DNA from: Stegostoma tigrinum
Taxonomy: Eukaryota
NCBI RefSeq assembly: GCF_030684315.1
Contig: NC_081397.1
Location: 13,726,421 to 13,789,065 of the forward strand
Length of the DNA stretch: 62,645 nt
Direction: 5' to 3'
The position numbers were made by a program, and so were the translations under genes. A model generated the notes under the pieces. It worked only from the letters and a program-made list of their open reading frames with translations, had not been told where the DNA came from and ran no database searches. How positions within the stretch are numbered: position 1 is the stretch's first letter; every line of letters starts with the position of its first letter. Below are positions 25,915 through 39,797 of this stretch, piece by piece.

Positions 25915-27090
25915 AAGACCATAAGATGTAGGAGCAGAAGTAGGCCATTTAGCCCATCAAATCCACTCTGCTATGAGATCAGGGTTGATCTGATCATTCT
26001 CAACTCCACCATCCTACCTTTTTACCCCACAAACCTTGATTTCCCTTACTGATTAGAAATCTATCTCAGCTTTGATTATATTTAATAACCCAGCCTCAAC
26101 AACCCTCAAAGTGAAGACTTCCACAGATTCACCACCGTCAGAGAAGAAATTCCTCCTGATCTCTGTCTTAAATAGATGATGCCTTATTCTGAGACAATGC
26201 CCTCCTGTACTAGACTCTCACATTACAGGAAACAATTTCTCCACATTGAGCCTGCCGAGTCCCTCTAAGAAACTTGTTTGATTCAATGAGGTCACCTCTC
26301 ATTCTTTGAAACTAAATAAGACCATAAGACATAGGAGTGGAAGTAAGGCCATTCGGCCCATCAAGTCCACTCCGCCATTTAAGTCATGGCTGATGGGCAT
26401 TTCAACACCACTTCCCTGCACTCTCCCCGTAGCCCTTGATTCCTTTTGAGATTAAGAATTTGTTGATCTCAGCCTTGAAGGCATTCAATGTCCCGGCCTC
26501 CACTGCACTCTGCGGCAATGAATTCCACAAGCTCACCAGTCTGTGGCTGAAGAAATGTCATCTCATTTCAGTTTTAAATTTACCCCCTTTAGTTTTAAGG
26601 CTGTGTCCACGGGTCCTAGTCTCCCCACCTAATGGAAACAACTTCCTAGCGTCCACCCCTTCTAAACCATACATTATCTTGTAAGTTTCTATTAGATCTC
26701 CCCTCAACCTTCTAAATTCTAATGAGTACAATCCCAGGATCCTTAGCCGTTCATCATATGCTAAACCTACCATTCCAGGGATCATCCATGTGACTATCCG
26801 CTGGACACGCTCCAGGGCTAGTATGTCCTTCCTGACGTTTGTTGCCCAAAATTGGACACAAAATTGGAAATGATGCAGACCCAACCTACTCAAACTCACC
26901 TCACAAGACAATCCCTCCAATACCTCGGAGCAGCCTGATAAACCTTCTCTGGAATTCCTCCAATGCCAACATATCTTAGATTGGGGCTGAAAACTGGAAA
27001 ATATTCACAGTATTCCAGCTGTGGTCTAACTGTTCTCTTGTATCTATTTAACAGAAACTCCCCACTTTCATAATTTGTCCTTTTTTTTGA
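25915..27090 (-). mobile_element. nested CR1 3' fragments; young insert at about 26316-26865
   Basis: 26316-26865 is nearly identical to 12245-12795; older CR1 on both sides. Confidence 0.85.
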
Positions 27091-28215
27091 CAGCGGTTGG
27101 TTGGCAGTATTCAGAGTGAGAGATTCTTTTATCTGCAAGGCAAGGGGTGCTGTTGGGTAACAGTTTGACAGTGACTTTTCCAGTACTGTAGTGCTTGAAC
27201 CCTGGGCGAGGGATACAGGGTCGCAGTTCACAAGTATACCTTCTGCCATGAGCCCTTACCGGGGTTGTACTCGATATCCAACCACTTGTATTTTGTATAT
27301 TCCTGGAAAGACAAGACACAAACTTACCGCAAGGGAATTCTTTCTGCTGGGCTTTGGGGGGAGGGGAATCAGTCACGAGTAACATAGTTAGCTCCTTCAT
27401 GATCATCTCCTGCTGCCTTTGTTTCTCTCTGCCATTTGACATTTTGCAAACACACTACAGTTGACTCAGGATTGTGTCAGGCAGGGGTCATAGTTTTGGG
27501 AGAGAACACGTGAGAGGTCAGAGAATAGCTCTAAAGTTGAAGAAAAAAAAAATACAAAACAAAGTGAAATTTCACAGCTGACCCTGGACAGGCCTCAATA
27601 TGGGAACTACTAAGAGGTGATAGTGTCTGCATTTCACAGTCTGATCAGCTAAATGTTTGTTTAATCTGTTTTATTTGCATATTTATAATAGTAGTAGGGT
27701 GAGGTTTCTTTTGTTTAACGGAGATCTGTCTTGATTTTATCTGAATACAAAAGATAAGTACTAAGTTATCTTAGAACAGTGTTTTAAGAGCAGCAGAGGC
27801 AGTGCTAATTTCTGGGTCTGCATATTAAGGTGCAGGAATGGCCTTTCATAGAGTGATGTGCTCTTTATGTCTGATCTGGGAGATTGGGAAAAAAATTCAG
27901 TGTTATTGATGATTCCATCCACAGAAAACATGTTTGGTCACCAATCATGTTGGATCAATAGGTTCGAATGGCAGATACTGGTAACAATGAATTTACAGGA
28001 ACCAGGCTTGGCCTGCTGAGTTCCTCCAACTCCACACTGTGTTATATCTGACTTCAGCATTGGCAGTTCTGGCTATCTCTGTTTGAGATGGGAAAGCCAC
28101 AGGAGATTCCTGCACTACAGGCTGGCCCTCCTACGTGTGTGTGGCCAGCATTTACAATTTTGGGATAGCAGTGGGGGGCAAATAAATCAAAACACAAACT
28201 GTGTGTTCTGAATTT

Positions 28216-29181
28216 CCACAGACAGTAGGAACTGCCGATGCTGGAGAATCTGAGATAACACGGTGGGAAGCTGGATGAACACAGCAGGCCAAGCAGCATC
28301 AGAGGAGCAGGCAAGCTTGGCATTTCGGGTCAGGACCCTTCTTCAGAAATGGGGGAAGGGAAGGGGATTCTGAAATAAATAGGGAGACATGGGGGAGGTG
28401 GATAGAAGATGGATGAAGGTGAAGATAGGTTGAGAGGAGACAGAAAGTTCAAAGATAATGGGAACTGCAGATGCTGGAGAATCCATGATAACAAAGTGTG
28501 GAGCTGGATGAACACAGCAGGCCACACAGCATTTATGATGGTCAAAGAGGCGAGATTAGAGCCAGTGAAGGTGAATGTAGGTGGGGAGTTGGGGGGTGGG
28601 GGGATAGGCCAGTCCAGGAAGGATGGATAGGTCAGGGGGTGGGATGGCGTTAGGGGGTAGGGGACGGAGAGGGGGAGAGGAATGGTTAGGGAGGCGAGGA
28701 CTAGCTGGGCTGGTTTTGGCACGTGGTCGGGAAGGGGAGATTTTGAAGCTTGTGAAGTCCATGTTGATAACCTTGGGCTGCAGAGTTCCCAAGCAAAATA
28801 TGAGACGCTGTTCCTGCATCTTTCGGGTGGCGATTTTGTGGCAATGCAGGAGGCCCAGGATGGACATGTCGTCGCGCCTCCCTAACCATTCCTCCCATCT
28901 CAAGCCCCAACACAACCCATACCCACTAACTTCATGCCATCCCCCAACCTGTCCGTCCACCCTGGGCTGACCTATCCTCCCCTAACTCCCCACCTACATT
29001 CACCTTCACTGGCTCTAACCCCGCCTCTTTGACCTGTCTGTCTCCTCTCAACCTATCTTCTCCTTTATCCATCTTCTATCCCCCCCTCCCCGTGTCCCTA
29101 TTTATTCCAGAATCCCCTTCCCCACTCCCATTCTGAAGAAGGGTTCCGACCCGAAACGTCAACCTTTCCCGCTCGGCCTGC
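28216..29181 (-). mobile_element. Penelope-like element with inverted pLTR (GIY-YIG C-terminus on minus, switching to plus near 28873)
   Basis: DDMSILGLLHCHKIATRKMQEQRLIFCLGTLQP matches the 926-1561 ORF; 28875-29181 is an inverted copy of 28320-28695; 14-bp direct repeat TGTGTTCTGAATTT at 28202-28215 and 29182-29195. Confidence 0.85.
29131..29162 (+). ncRNA. minimal type I hammerhead ribozyme motif (second PLE subfamily)
   Basis: TT-CTGAAGA(29133-29139)-A-GGGT-TCCG-ACCC-GAAAC-GTC-AA: intact core, perfect 4-bp stem II. Confidence 0.8.
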
Positions 29182-29330
29182 TGTGTTCTGAATTTTCACT
29201 TTGTAGTGAGAGTGATGTCATTTGCAAACTTCTCTTATATGAAACTTGAAAGGGAATGTTTACAGATGTGTATCTCAAATCAATTACCACACTGAGATCT
29301 GGCACCCACTTAATTCATCACGGCCTACAT

Positions 29331-29474
29331 GTGATAATGGGAACTGCAGATGCTGGAGAATCCAAGATAATAAAATGTGAGGCTGGATGTACACAGCAGG
29401 CACAGCAGCATCTCAGGAGCACAACCTGAGATGCTGCTGGGCCTGCTGTGTTCATCCAGCCTCACATTTTATTG
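29331..29474 (-). mobile_element. short PLE-pLTR-derived fold-back insertion
   Basis: About 50-bp inverted arms around AGCACAA; 13-bp direct repeat TCACGGCCTACAT at 29318-29330 and 29475-29487. Confidence 0.85.
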
Positions 29475-31439
29475 TCACGGCCTACATATGATGTAGCTTT
29501 GAGCTGAAATAAGAACTGTTTATAACCAGTTACACAGCGAGAATACAAAAAAATCCCACATTCATGAGTTATTTTCTTGTTTTAGAATTCCTACATTACA
29601 TTTTATCTGCCACGCATGAGCTCATTCAGAAGTTGTCCAAATGAAAAATCACGCATTAGCCGATTCTGAGCAATTGGTCACAAACTCCTCTTAGGCATGA
29701 GCAAGATTGCCCCCTAAAAAGATGCCGGCGCGTCTGCGCCCTGCGGCCTCTCATTTCAAATCGAGATGGCGGCCATAAACCCTAAATTCTGGGAGTGGAA
29801 GAAAAACGGTTTCACTCGAAGGTCGTATTCGGATTTACGTCTTAGCCAACGTTTTTATGAAACTTTTCCGTCACCACCGTGTCCATCACTCTCTTCGTCA
29901 TGCTGAATTGTGAACACTGCCAAAGACGGTAGGGAACCATATCACCCTCGCCATTGCCTATCTCGCTCATGCTCCTGTCAGACTCAGTACGGCGCCTGTG
30001 CACTGTTTTCTGTCCACATTATGAGGAGGTGCCGCTATTGGATGGGGTTTTGGGGGTGGCGGGGGGCGGTGTATAAGTAAATATACGATATTAGATTATA
30101 ATCCACCTCTCTCTCTCTACCTCACACACACGTAATGGAATGCATGTATGGAAAAAATTCGCATTTGCAGGTACATTCAATTTTGTTCAAAAAGCACATA
30201 ATTTATGGACAGCCAGTCAATGGTGGCGTTTTATAAATAGCTGCTGAAGAAATAAAATCAGCCTGACTCCAAACCAAAACATAAACAGATTCTGAACAAG
30301 GTCTCACAACTAACATGCATTGTCCGACAAAAAATGTCACTTCTTGTAAAACCTTTTGTTCTCTCAGGGCAGTGACTTGACGGGAATTCGGGGATTTACA
30401 CATATAGATTAATCAATTAAAACCTTATAACTGACTAAAGATTTAAAAGCATGTTAGGTTTGTTTAATAAATCCTCATCAGTAGTTTGAACCTTTGATCT
30501 TTGGTTCCCACTGCCAGGTATCCTGGGTACTTGAGTCGTGATTGACTCTTAGACCTGCTGTATTGGGAGGATCGGTTAGCTCAGCTGGGTGGACAACTGA
30601 TTTCAGCATCTTGGGCTTTATATCCGCAATTTCTGAGCTTACCATTGCTTTGCAACGTTCCTCTTGCCAGATTCTTGGTGACCTTCTTATTTAAGTGAGC
30701 AACCGTAAACTCCAGTTAGAATGTTATGCAATACAAAACGGAGCCAGAGGGAAAACAAAATACTTAAACAAAATAAAGAACTGCAGGTGCTGGAACTCTG
30801 AAACAAAAAGCTCATGAATGTTGGACTTTTATCGTTCTCACTGTTTAACTGGTTAAACAGTTCTCCTTTTACCTACAAACTATGTAGGTCATGATGAATT
30901 AAGTGACACTGTCATATCTTAATGTAGTAATTGATTTGAGATAAAGTCTGTAAACTTTCCCTTTCAAGTTTCATATAAAAGGAGTTTGCAAATGACATCA
31001 CTCTCAGTACGGGGTAGAAATTCAGAACACACTTTTTTCCTTTTAATTTTCCCCTCCTGCTGTCCCAAAGTTGTAAATGCTGGCCACACGCACTTCCATT
31101 CCTCCTTGGGTTGAAATCCATCTGTCCTGTTTCCTTCCAAAATTCCCGGTTTTCTTCCTACTCCCATCTCTTCTGCTTTTCGCCATCACTGCAGTTCCTA
31201 TCTGTTCATAGAAAATCAAACAAATGAGAGTTTGAGGCTTGCAACGAATCCTGTGCAATTATACCAGGAACTAATCAGGCCATGCTTGGAATGCACTGAA
31301 TGTTTATGCGTTTGTTTTGTGAGAAAACAAATTAGAATTGCAAATATGCCCTTTACCCAAAAGTAACATTAGAATTGGAAATCATGCAGTTAATTGAGCC
31401 AGTAGAACCCGTCAAATAACATCCTTTAAAGAGAACAGT

Positions 31440-31830
31440 CAATGGCGGCACAGCTACCCAGAATGCCAAAGAGCAGTAAATGTTCCCTAGTCACAGAACA
31501 GGAAAATGTGCGCAGGCGTAGTGCCATGTGTGACTGGACTTTGTGCAGGGTGACAGCGACGGTGGAGCGTTGTTTCAGGCGGCTCCTGGACCGTTAACAA
31601 ACGGACAGAACGACGGGGCCGCTGCATTCAGCATATGGACGGAAAAGCTTCGTAAAGCTGTTCGGTAAGCTGTAAATCCCAGCACGACCTTCTGATGCTT
31701 CCGTTTGTCGCCAATGCCGGAGTTTAAAGTTGAATTCATGGCCGCCATTTCGTTTGATAATGACGGGCGGTAGGGCGCAGGTGCAGCGGCAATGTTTGTT
31801 GGGGGAATGCACTTGAGGTGCCGCCATGTT
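31440..31830 (+). promoter_or_regulatory. CpG-enriched housekeeping-type promoter and probable non-coding first exon
   Basis: ZNF143-like TACCCAGAATGCC 31455-31467, NRF1-like TGCGCAGGCG 31509-31518, donor CG|GTAAGC at 31665, YY1-like GCCGCCAT at 31741 and 31820. Confidence 0.55.
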
Positions 31831-31949
31831 TGTAGGGGGCAACTTTGTTCCTGACTGGAAGGAGTTTACCACCAATTGCTTACAATGAGGATAACTCTGA
31901 TGCTGCTTGGCCTGCTGTGTTCATCCAGCTCTACACCTTGTTATACCAG

Positions 31950-32700
31950 TTTATTATCTGAATGGTTATGGATTTGAGAAGGGACACCAGCTTGTGAAGG
32001 TAAGCATGTATGCACAGCAGGCGGTGAAGATTGCAGATTGTATGTTAGCCCTCACAGTGAGATGATTTGAATACAGAAGCAAGACTATTGTGCTGGAGTT
32101 GCACAGGGTCATTGTGAGACTGAGGGAGCATCCAATAGAAATGTATAAAATTTAGGGCCCTACAAGATAAATGCAGAAACGATGTTCCCAATGACTGGGG
32201 AGTCTAGAACCAAGGTTCAAGGTTGAAGGATGCAGCGTAGGACGAAAGACTAAGATGAGCACAAAGATCTTCACCCAGGGAGTGGTGAGCTTGTGGAATT
32301 CTCTCCCACGACAAATTGTTGAGGCCAAAACATAGGACTGAAATGTTCAAAGAGAAAGAAGGAACAGGGTACGAAGTTGCATGTTTGGCCATGATCATTT
32401 AAATGTTGAAGCTGGAGGAAAGGGCTGAATGGCCTTCTCCTGGTGTTAGTTTCTCTGACTGTATTGATGAGGCATAAAGTAACAGGTGCGAGAACTATTC
32501 CCAACATCAACTGGGGTAGTCATAGTGTGAAAGATTTAGAGAAAGTGAAATTCTCAACATGCATCCACGGCAGCTTTTGAAGCCAGTATTAAGAAGATCC
32601 TACACGAGAGGGAATGGTACTGGACTGAGTTTTAGGTAATTGAAGCCGAGCAAGGAGTTGAAATATCAGTGAGGGAATCAGTTGTAGACATTGATCATAA
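31950..32700 (+). mobile_element. old CR1 fragments
   Basis: Degenerate RT C-terminal sequence (TTCACCCAGGGAGTGGTGAGCTTGTGGAATTCTCT) followed by an APE remnant. Confidence 0.65.
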
Positions 32701-33504
32701 CTCTGTTAGATTCAAGATTGTCTTGTACTGGACAAGTGGTGAGGTCGTTGTTTCTGACTGGCACAGCCTGAATGGGCTGAAGGGCCTTTTTCTTTGTGTG
32801 TGGACCTCTATGATTGTTATAACTTTTGTACTGTTATCAACCCCACCCCACCCCACCCCCCACTCTGTCCTTTATTCACTTTGGAGCAATGCATTTCTTG
32901 AATGCTGCATTTCTTGAATGCAGCCTTGCAACTAAAATCCCCGATCCCTCAAACCGTTCTGATGAAGCCACCCGCCCATCCTTCAGAATGTGTGGGTAGT
33001 CACTGGTTTGTACAGACCCAGAATGCACTCTGTTTGTTGCTATGATGTCATCACAAACTGACAATTGCACAGTGACATCACCCACTCCCTGGGGATTTCC
33101 TCAAATGTGGAATTTTTCTGACTCTGGCATTTCTGATATCTTTACAGGTGCCGGCTCCAGCAGGAGATTTCCAAATTGCAGACGGTGAAATTGTTGAGTG
33201 AGTAACTTTGACCATTCTTTTACAATTTTGAGGTTTTCGGTGTGTGCCAGTTATCTGTGGAACGATGCATACCTCTGGGGCTGGTGTAATTCCTTTACTG
33301 TGGATCTGAAGCCATGACCATCCATTACTGTGTGTCGCCTCTGTCCTCCCTGATCAGCTCTCTACCAATGTCTAACCTGCTCTGTTTAATGTTTGTGTTT
33401 GTTTGCTGAATGTCTGAAGTTTCTGTCATTGCCCATCATCCAAGTGTGCACTTCTGACTTACCAGCTCCATCTTCCCTCGGTACTTTTCACCGTCAGGAA
33501 TTGT

Positions 33505-35375
33505 AGAGTCATAGAATCATACAGTTTAGAAGAGGCACTTTGATCCATCAAGTCTGCACCAAAAAAAACCTAATTTACACTGTTCCCACTTTGCAGTACT
33601 TGGCCCATTGTTTTATAAGTTGTGATGTTTCAAGTGCTCAGCTAAATACGTTTTTAAAGGTTGTGAAGTTTCCTGTTTCACTTACCCTCCCAGCTGTTGT
33701 ATTCCAAATACCCACCACCTTCTGAATGAAAAAAACATAAACTTCATCAAATTCCATCAATCTTCTGTCTTTCCCCTTTTAAATGATGTCCTATTGACCC
33801 TTCAATTAAACGGGAACAGATGCTTCCTATCCACCCTCTCTATGACCCTCATAACCTTACAGCAACAGGAGTAGGCCATCCGTCCCTGAAGCCTGTTCCA
33901 TTGTTCAATGCTGATCTGTCACCTAACACTGTAAAAGTACCTTTAGCCCATAGGATTGAGTTACAGTGAGTTATAGAGTAATACAGCAAAGAAACAGGCC
34001 CTTCGGTCCCCGTGTTGAAACTGACCACCAAACTTGAAACTACATTAATCCCATTTACCTGCACTTGGTCAATAGACTACTCTGTTCTGGCTTTTTAAGT
34101 GTTGATTCAGATGCTTTTTAAATGTTGTGAGAGTACTCGCCTCCATCACCATCTCAGCCCGTGCGTTCCATATTCCTACCGCTCTCTGGGTGAATTCTTT
34201 TCTTCCCCTTAGATCTTGTCAAAACTACTTATTGTTCTCCTTAAACCTATGCCCACTGGTCTTAGACATGTCTGCGATGGGGAAAAGGTTGTCATGATCT
34301 GCATTGTCTCTAACTCTCAGAATTATGTACACCTGAAACCTCCCAAATGCATGACCACACAGCCCCCTCTGCCCAATTTACCAGTTGATCAATATCAGAC
34401 TGTAGCTTGAGAGCATCCTCCTCACTATCACCAATGAGACTGCTTTTCCTGTCAGCTGCATGTCTGTCTGATAATGTGGTGACCAGGATTGTATACAGTA
34501 CTCTAGCTGTGGTCTGACCAAAATTCTGTACAGCTTCAACATAACCTCCCTGCCCTTATACTCCGTGCCTCGACTGATGAAGTTAACGTCGATGTAGAAC
34601 AATAGAGATGTACAGCATGGAAACAGACACTTTGGTCACACTCTGTCATGCTGTCCAGATATTCTTAATTATTCAAGTCCCATTTGCCAGCATTTGGCCC
34701 ATATCCCTCTCAACTATTGCTATTCATGTACCCATCCAGATGCCTTTTAATTGTTGTAATTGTACCAGCCTTCACCACTTATTCTAGCAGCTCATTCTGT
34801 GCACCTAGCACTCTCTGCATGAACATGTTGCTCCTCAGGTCCCTTTGAAATCAATCCTTGATGGGATGCCTGGTAACTTGCCAAGCTGGACCCAAAATTG
34901 GCTCAGTGCTGGGAAACAGAGGGCGATGGTAGAAGGCAGTTTGTGTGACTGGAATGCAGTGTGCAGTGACATCCCACAGGGATCAGTGTGTTTTTGTGAT
35001 ATTTGTACGTGAAGTAGATAAGACTTGAGAGAGATGATGACTAAGTTTGTGAATGACACTAAAATTAGTCAGGTGTTTGACAGTGAGGAGACAGGTGTTG
35101 GGTGACTGGAACATATGAACAGATTGGTCAGAAGGCAGAATAGTGGCAGTTGCAGTTTAACCCTGATAAATGGGAGGTGATGCACTTTGGCAGAAGGAAC
35201 AAGACAAGGGTGTACTCAATGAATGGCAAAACGTTAGGAAGCTCAAACGAGCAAAAGGTTCACATGTGCTTGTCTGCATATTCCTGAGGGTGGCAGGACA
35301 GGTCAATTCATGCAGTTAAGAACATATAAGGGATGCTTCCCTTGATTGATCATTGCATAGATTCCAAGAGCAGGG
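33505..35375. mobile_element. cluster of CR1 fragments (minus to about 34850, plus from about 34860)
   Basis: RGTEYKGREVMLKLYRILVRPQLEYCIQSW (34378-34602); plus-strand RT remnant CCCACAGGGATCAGTG...AAGTTTGTGAATGACACTAAAATT. Confidence 0.7.
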
Positions 35376-35635
35376 TGTTATGAAGCAGGGGTAGGTCGAA
35401 CGTTTGGATAATTAACCCAAAACTCAAGCCCCAATCTGTTGTTATGGGAGTAGAGGTTCCTTTCTAATGGTGACCTTAACACACAGGGAAGCTTGCTGTT
35501 AGAAGAATGGTTTTAAAAAAAATCCCTGATCCCCACTGTATAAGTCACAAGTAAAAGTAACAATTTATTTATTTAGCCCTAACAATGATGAAATGAACAG
35601 AATTACTGACAAACAGAAAAACCTTTGCCCCCACC

Positions 35636-35690
35636 ATCCCCACCCCAACCCAACCCAACCCAACCCAACCCACCCCACCCCACCCCAACC
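35636..35690. repeat. (CCAAC/CCCAC)n pentanucleotide repeat
   Basis: Direct reading. Confidence 0.9.
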
Positions 35691-38600
35691 GACCAGGCAC
35701 AATCTATTCCCTAACTGAACTGAATTCTCCTGGCATGCTGTCCAAATAAACACAAGTCCCACGTATTATAAGCCCAATTAATAAGAATAATAAATTAAAA
35801 CATAATCTCTCCCAGTTCACATAGAATGTGTCTCTGAAACGCTCTTCTTTCTGTTTGTCTCATGCCATAAACACTCCTATTCCACTGATTCTGCTGTCAG
35901 GGATGTTTTCTCAGTGAAGACTCTTGCTGGAAGTGCCGTCGTGAGACCTTTAGTGGATAGGATGGTGCTTTCACACAGAACTTAGTGATTTCTTGTGTGA
36001 GCTGGGTGCATGTGAGCTCAAATGGCAGTTAGCTCTCACACCTTTCAGATGGCCATTGGCTCTCTGCCGAATTTCCAGTTGTCCTCTTCCAATTGTCCCT
36101 TGATGACCCGTCCATTTTCTTACAATTGCATTGGCTGCTCGGGTTCTGAATTGCTGCTCCCAGCTCATAGCCAAAACATCATAACAAGCCTAAGAATTCC
36201 AATTATGCAGCCAATCAGTACATGCTTCCATTTTTGGTACTGCCTGAAATCTGCAACTATTTAGAGACCCATCTTCTGTATAAATCTCCAATCTTAGAAA
36301 AGCACTCTATCTTTCTTGTAACTTGCACTCTGTTAACATTAACCGATTCTCTATCCTCAGATACTGCCCGACCTGTTGTGATTTTTCAGCATTTTCTGTT
36401 TATTTCAGACTTGCAGCAGCAGCGACAGTATTTTGCTGCTCTTTTGATGATAAGCCCATAAGACAGAGGAGCAGAACCAGAGTCTGCAGAGTCAGTCATG
36501 GCTGATACATTTCTCAACCCCATCTAGGCCTTCCTCCCAGAACCAAGTCAAGAAACACACATGGATGAATTAAAAGGCCATTTCTAACAGGGTGGGTGGT
36601 GGTCATATTGTGGCCTATTGGTTCCTATTAATTGAGTCACACAAAGTCACTGATTACCATGGAGAAGGAGGCTGCTCTATCCATTGTGCCTGTGCTGGCC
36701 TTTCCCCAAAAGCAAATCAGCGATTCCTGTTATTTGCCTTTTTCTTTCCTCTTCAGGGGCTTATTCCAGTTAGCTTTTGTAAGTCTTTGCTGTATCGGAT
36801 TGAGCTGGAGTGGTGATGGAGGAGAAGTGGCTGAGTTTACCCTGAGTCCTTTCAAAGCCAGCTGGGCCCTACACTTTCCAGCGTGAGGTTGTCAAAGGGA
36901 GCTGGACTCTATGGAAGATCGGGTGGCTTAAAAAAAAACACTCCAGACGGTGTATAACAAAAGAAGTGGCTTGGCGAACAAATATTCTGCAGTTGTTGTA
37001 GAAACATCGGTGTTAACTTTCCAAAATGCATTAGATTCTGGAAAGTTTCTGTCTCACTGCAAAATAGCAGATAAAACCTCTGTATTGAAGAGGCGAGGAA
37101 GGCAGACAACAGGAAACTACAGGCCAGTTAGGGTGACCTGTCATGGAGGGAATGAGAATCAATTATTTGGTGGTATATCACCAGAATATTAATCTGGGGA
37201 CCTGGGTTCAGATCCTGCCATGGCAGGTGGTAGAACTTGAATAAAACTCTGGCTTTAAGTTGAACGATGGTCAAGAATCCATTGTTGATTTTTAGGAACA
37301 AAACATCTGGTTCACTCAGGTCCACTGGGGAAGAAAGCTGCCATCCTGAATGGGTCTGGTTTACGTGTCCAGACCCACAGCAATGTTGACTGTTAACTGC
37401 CTTCTGGGCAGTTTATGGATGACAGTGAATGCTGGCCTAGCCAGTGCCGCCCAACACCTCTGCATGAATTTGAAACAAAAACCTGAAGAAATAAAAGTGA
37501 ACAAAAGGATTTAAATGCATTTAGAAAGGTAAGGACTGATTAGGGAGAGTCAGCATGGCTTTGTGCATGAGTAATCGTGTCTCAGTCTGTCGGTTGTGTT
37601 TTTTTTTTGAAAATGTGGCAAAGAAGATTGAAGGCCGGGCGGTAGACATTGTGTATATGGACTTCAGCAAAACACTTGACAAGGTTCTGCATGGTAGACT
37701 GGTTAGCAAGGTTAGATCATATGGAATACAGGAAGCACTAGCCAGTTGGAATCAAATATGGATTCAGAGTAGGAAACAGAGGGGTGTGGTGGAGGCTTGT
37801 CTTTTGAACTGGAGGCCTGTGACCAGGTGGTGTGCCATAAGAATCAGTTCTGGGTCCACTGCTTTTTGTAATTATCCAAATGATTTGCATGTGACGGTAT
37901 AGTTCATAGGTTTGCAGATGACACCAACATTGGTGGTGTATGGACAGTGAGGAAGGTGATCTTCACTGAGTAGTTTGGGATTTTGATCAGTGGGCTGAGG
38001 AGTGGCAGATGGAGTTCAGACAAATGAGAGGTGTTGCATTTCAACAATGAAAATCAGGGCAGGATTTAGACAGTTAATGGGAGGGCCCATGGGAGTGTAG
38101 CCGGACAAGGGGATTAGGGGTGCAGGTGCAAAGTCCCTTGAAAGCGGAGTTGCAGGTGGACAGGGTGGTGAAGAAGGCATTTGGTACGCTCGCCTTCATT
38201 TGTCACTGCATTGAGTTATTGGAGTTGGGATGTCATATTGCGACTGTACAGGACATAGTTAGAATACTGTATTCTGTTCAGGTCTCCCTGCTATGGGAAA
38301 GAAGTTGTGAATCCTGAAAGTGTTCAGAGATGATTCACAGGGATATTGCCGGTATTGGAGGGTTTGGGCTGTGGGTTGGGGCTGGAAAGGATGGGGCTTT
38401 TCTTCCCTGGAGCAGTGGAGGTTGAGTTGTGAGGCTTGCCGCATCAACGGCCGTCCCAGGCAGTGCATTCCAGACTTGCACCACCCTTTAGGTGAAAAAT
38501 GTTTTCCTCCATTCCCCTGTAAAATTCTTGCCTTTCACTGCAAAATGATGCCCAGTGTTATTCACCCTTCAACTAAGGGAACAATTACTTCTTTGTGTTT

Positions 38601-39353
38601 CTCCAATTTAGTGGAATTCTTTGAGGAGTGACATGTGCTGTGGATAAAGGGAGCCTGATGATCTCTTGTTCTTGGCTTTCCTGAAGGCATTTCACAAGGT
38701 ACCATGGAAAAGGTGACTGTTTTGAGTGGGAGCTACTAGTTTAGTGGTACATACCGGCCTGGATACTGGATTGGCTGGATGATAGAAAACCGAGAATATC
38801 CATAAATGGGTGTGTTTCAGATTGTCAGAATGTGATGAGTGGGGAGCCACAGGGCTCTGCTGAACCTAAACCTTTTGCAGTTTATATCAGTGACTTGGAC
38901 GAGGGAAATGAAGTCGTGGTAGGTACACTTTGTGTTGCTACAAAGCTATCAGGAAAGGTGGCTGTGAAGACTTAATTTCCCGACATCAGTTTGCAGCCTT
39001 TTTGAATGAATATTTCAGGTGATCTATGATATAACAAAATGTGAAATTGTTTGCTTGAGGGGAAAAATGAGAAAAGAAGACAGGTGCAGAATCTTTTGGG
39101 GTTTAGATATCAAGGGGATCTGGTGTGAAATACACAAAAGATTGGGATATAATTAACAAGTGAAGATGAAGGCTCATGGAATGTTCTTGTTTATCACAAG
39201 TGAAATCGAATAGAAAAGTAAGGATTTGATAATTCAGTTGTACAAGGAATAAGTGAAACTTCACCTCCATGACTATGTGCCGTTTTGGTCTCATTATTGA
39301 AGGAAGGATGTAAATGCGGTGGAGATTCAGTAGACTGATACCTGAATGAGTGG

Positions 39354-39541
39354 AGATAGTAGGAACTGCAGATGCTGGAGAATCTGAGATATCATGGTGT
39401 AGAGCTGGATGAACACAGAAGGCCAAGCAGCATGAGAGGAGCTGGAAGACTGATGAAGGGTCGAGGACTGAAATGTCAGCCTTCCTGCTCCTCTGATGCT
39501 GCTTAGCATGCTGTGTCCATTGAGCTCTGCACCTTGTTATC
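39354..39541. mobile_element. PLE-pLTR-derived fold-back insertion with degenerate hammerhead
   Basis: CTGATGA-A-GGGTCGAGGACT-GAAAT-GTC-AGC at 39450-39480; 13-bp direct repeat CCTGAATGAGTGG at 39341-39353 and 39542-39554. Confidence 0.8.
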
Positions 39542-39797
39542 CCTGAATGAGTGGGTTGTCTTCTGAGGATATTTTGGACAGCATGGGGAATGCTCACGTG
39601 TTCAGAAGAGTGAGGTGTGACTTGCCTCATGTTTAATATCCTGAATGGGTTTTGACAAGGTGAATGTGGACATATTTTCTCCTCCGGCTAAGTCCAGAAT
39701 GGGGGAAGACTGCTTTATCATGAGAGGAGTTCTTTATACAAGATTAGTGTGACTTTGGAACCCTCTGCCTCAAAAGACAGTCGAGACTGGATCATTG

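Noticed and set aside
35376-36186. Possible solo LTR bounded by TGTTATGA and TCATAACA
   Set aside because: Flanks (AGGG and AGCC) give no clear target-site duplication and the left end may belong to the adjacent CR1; unresolved
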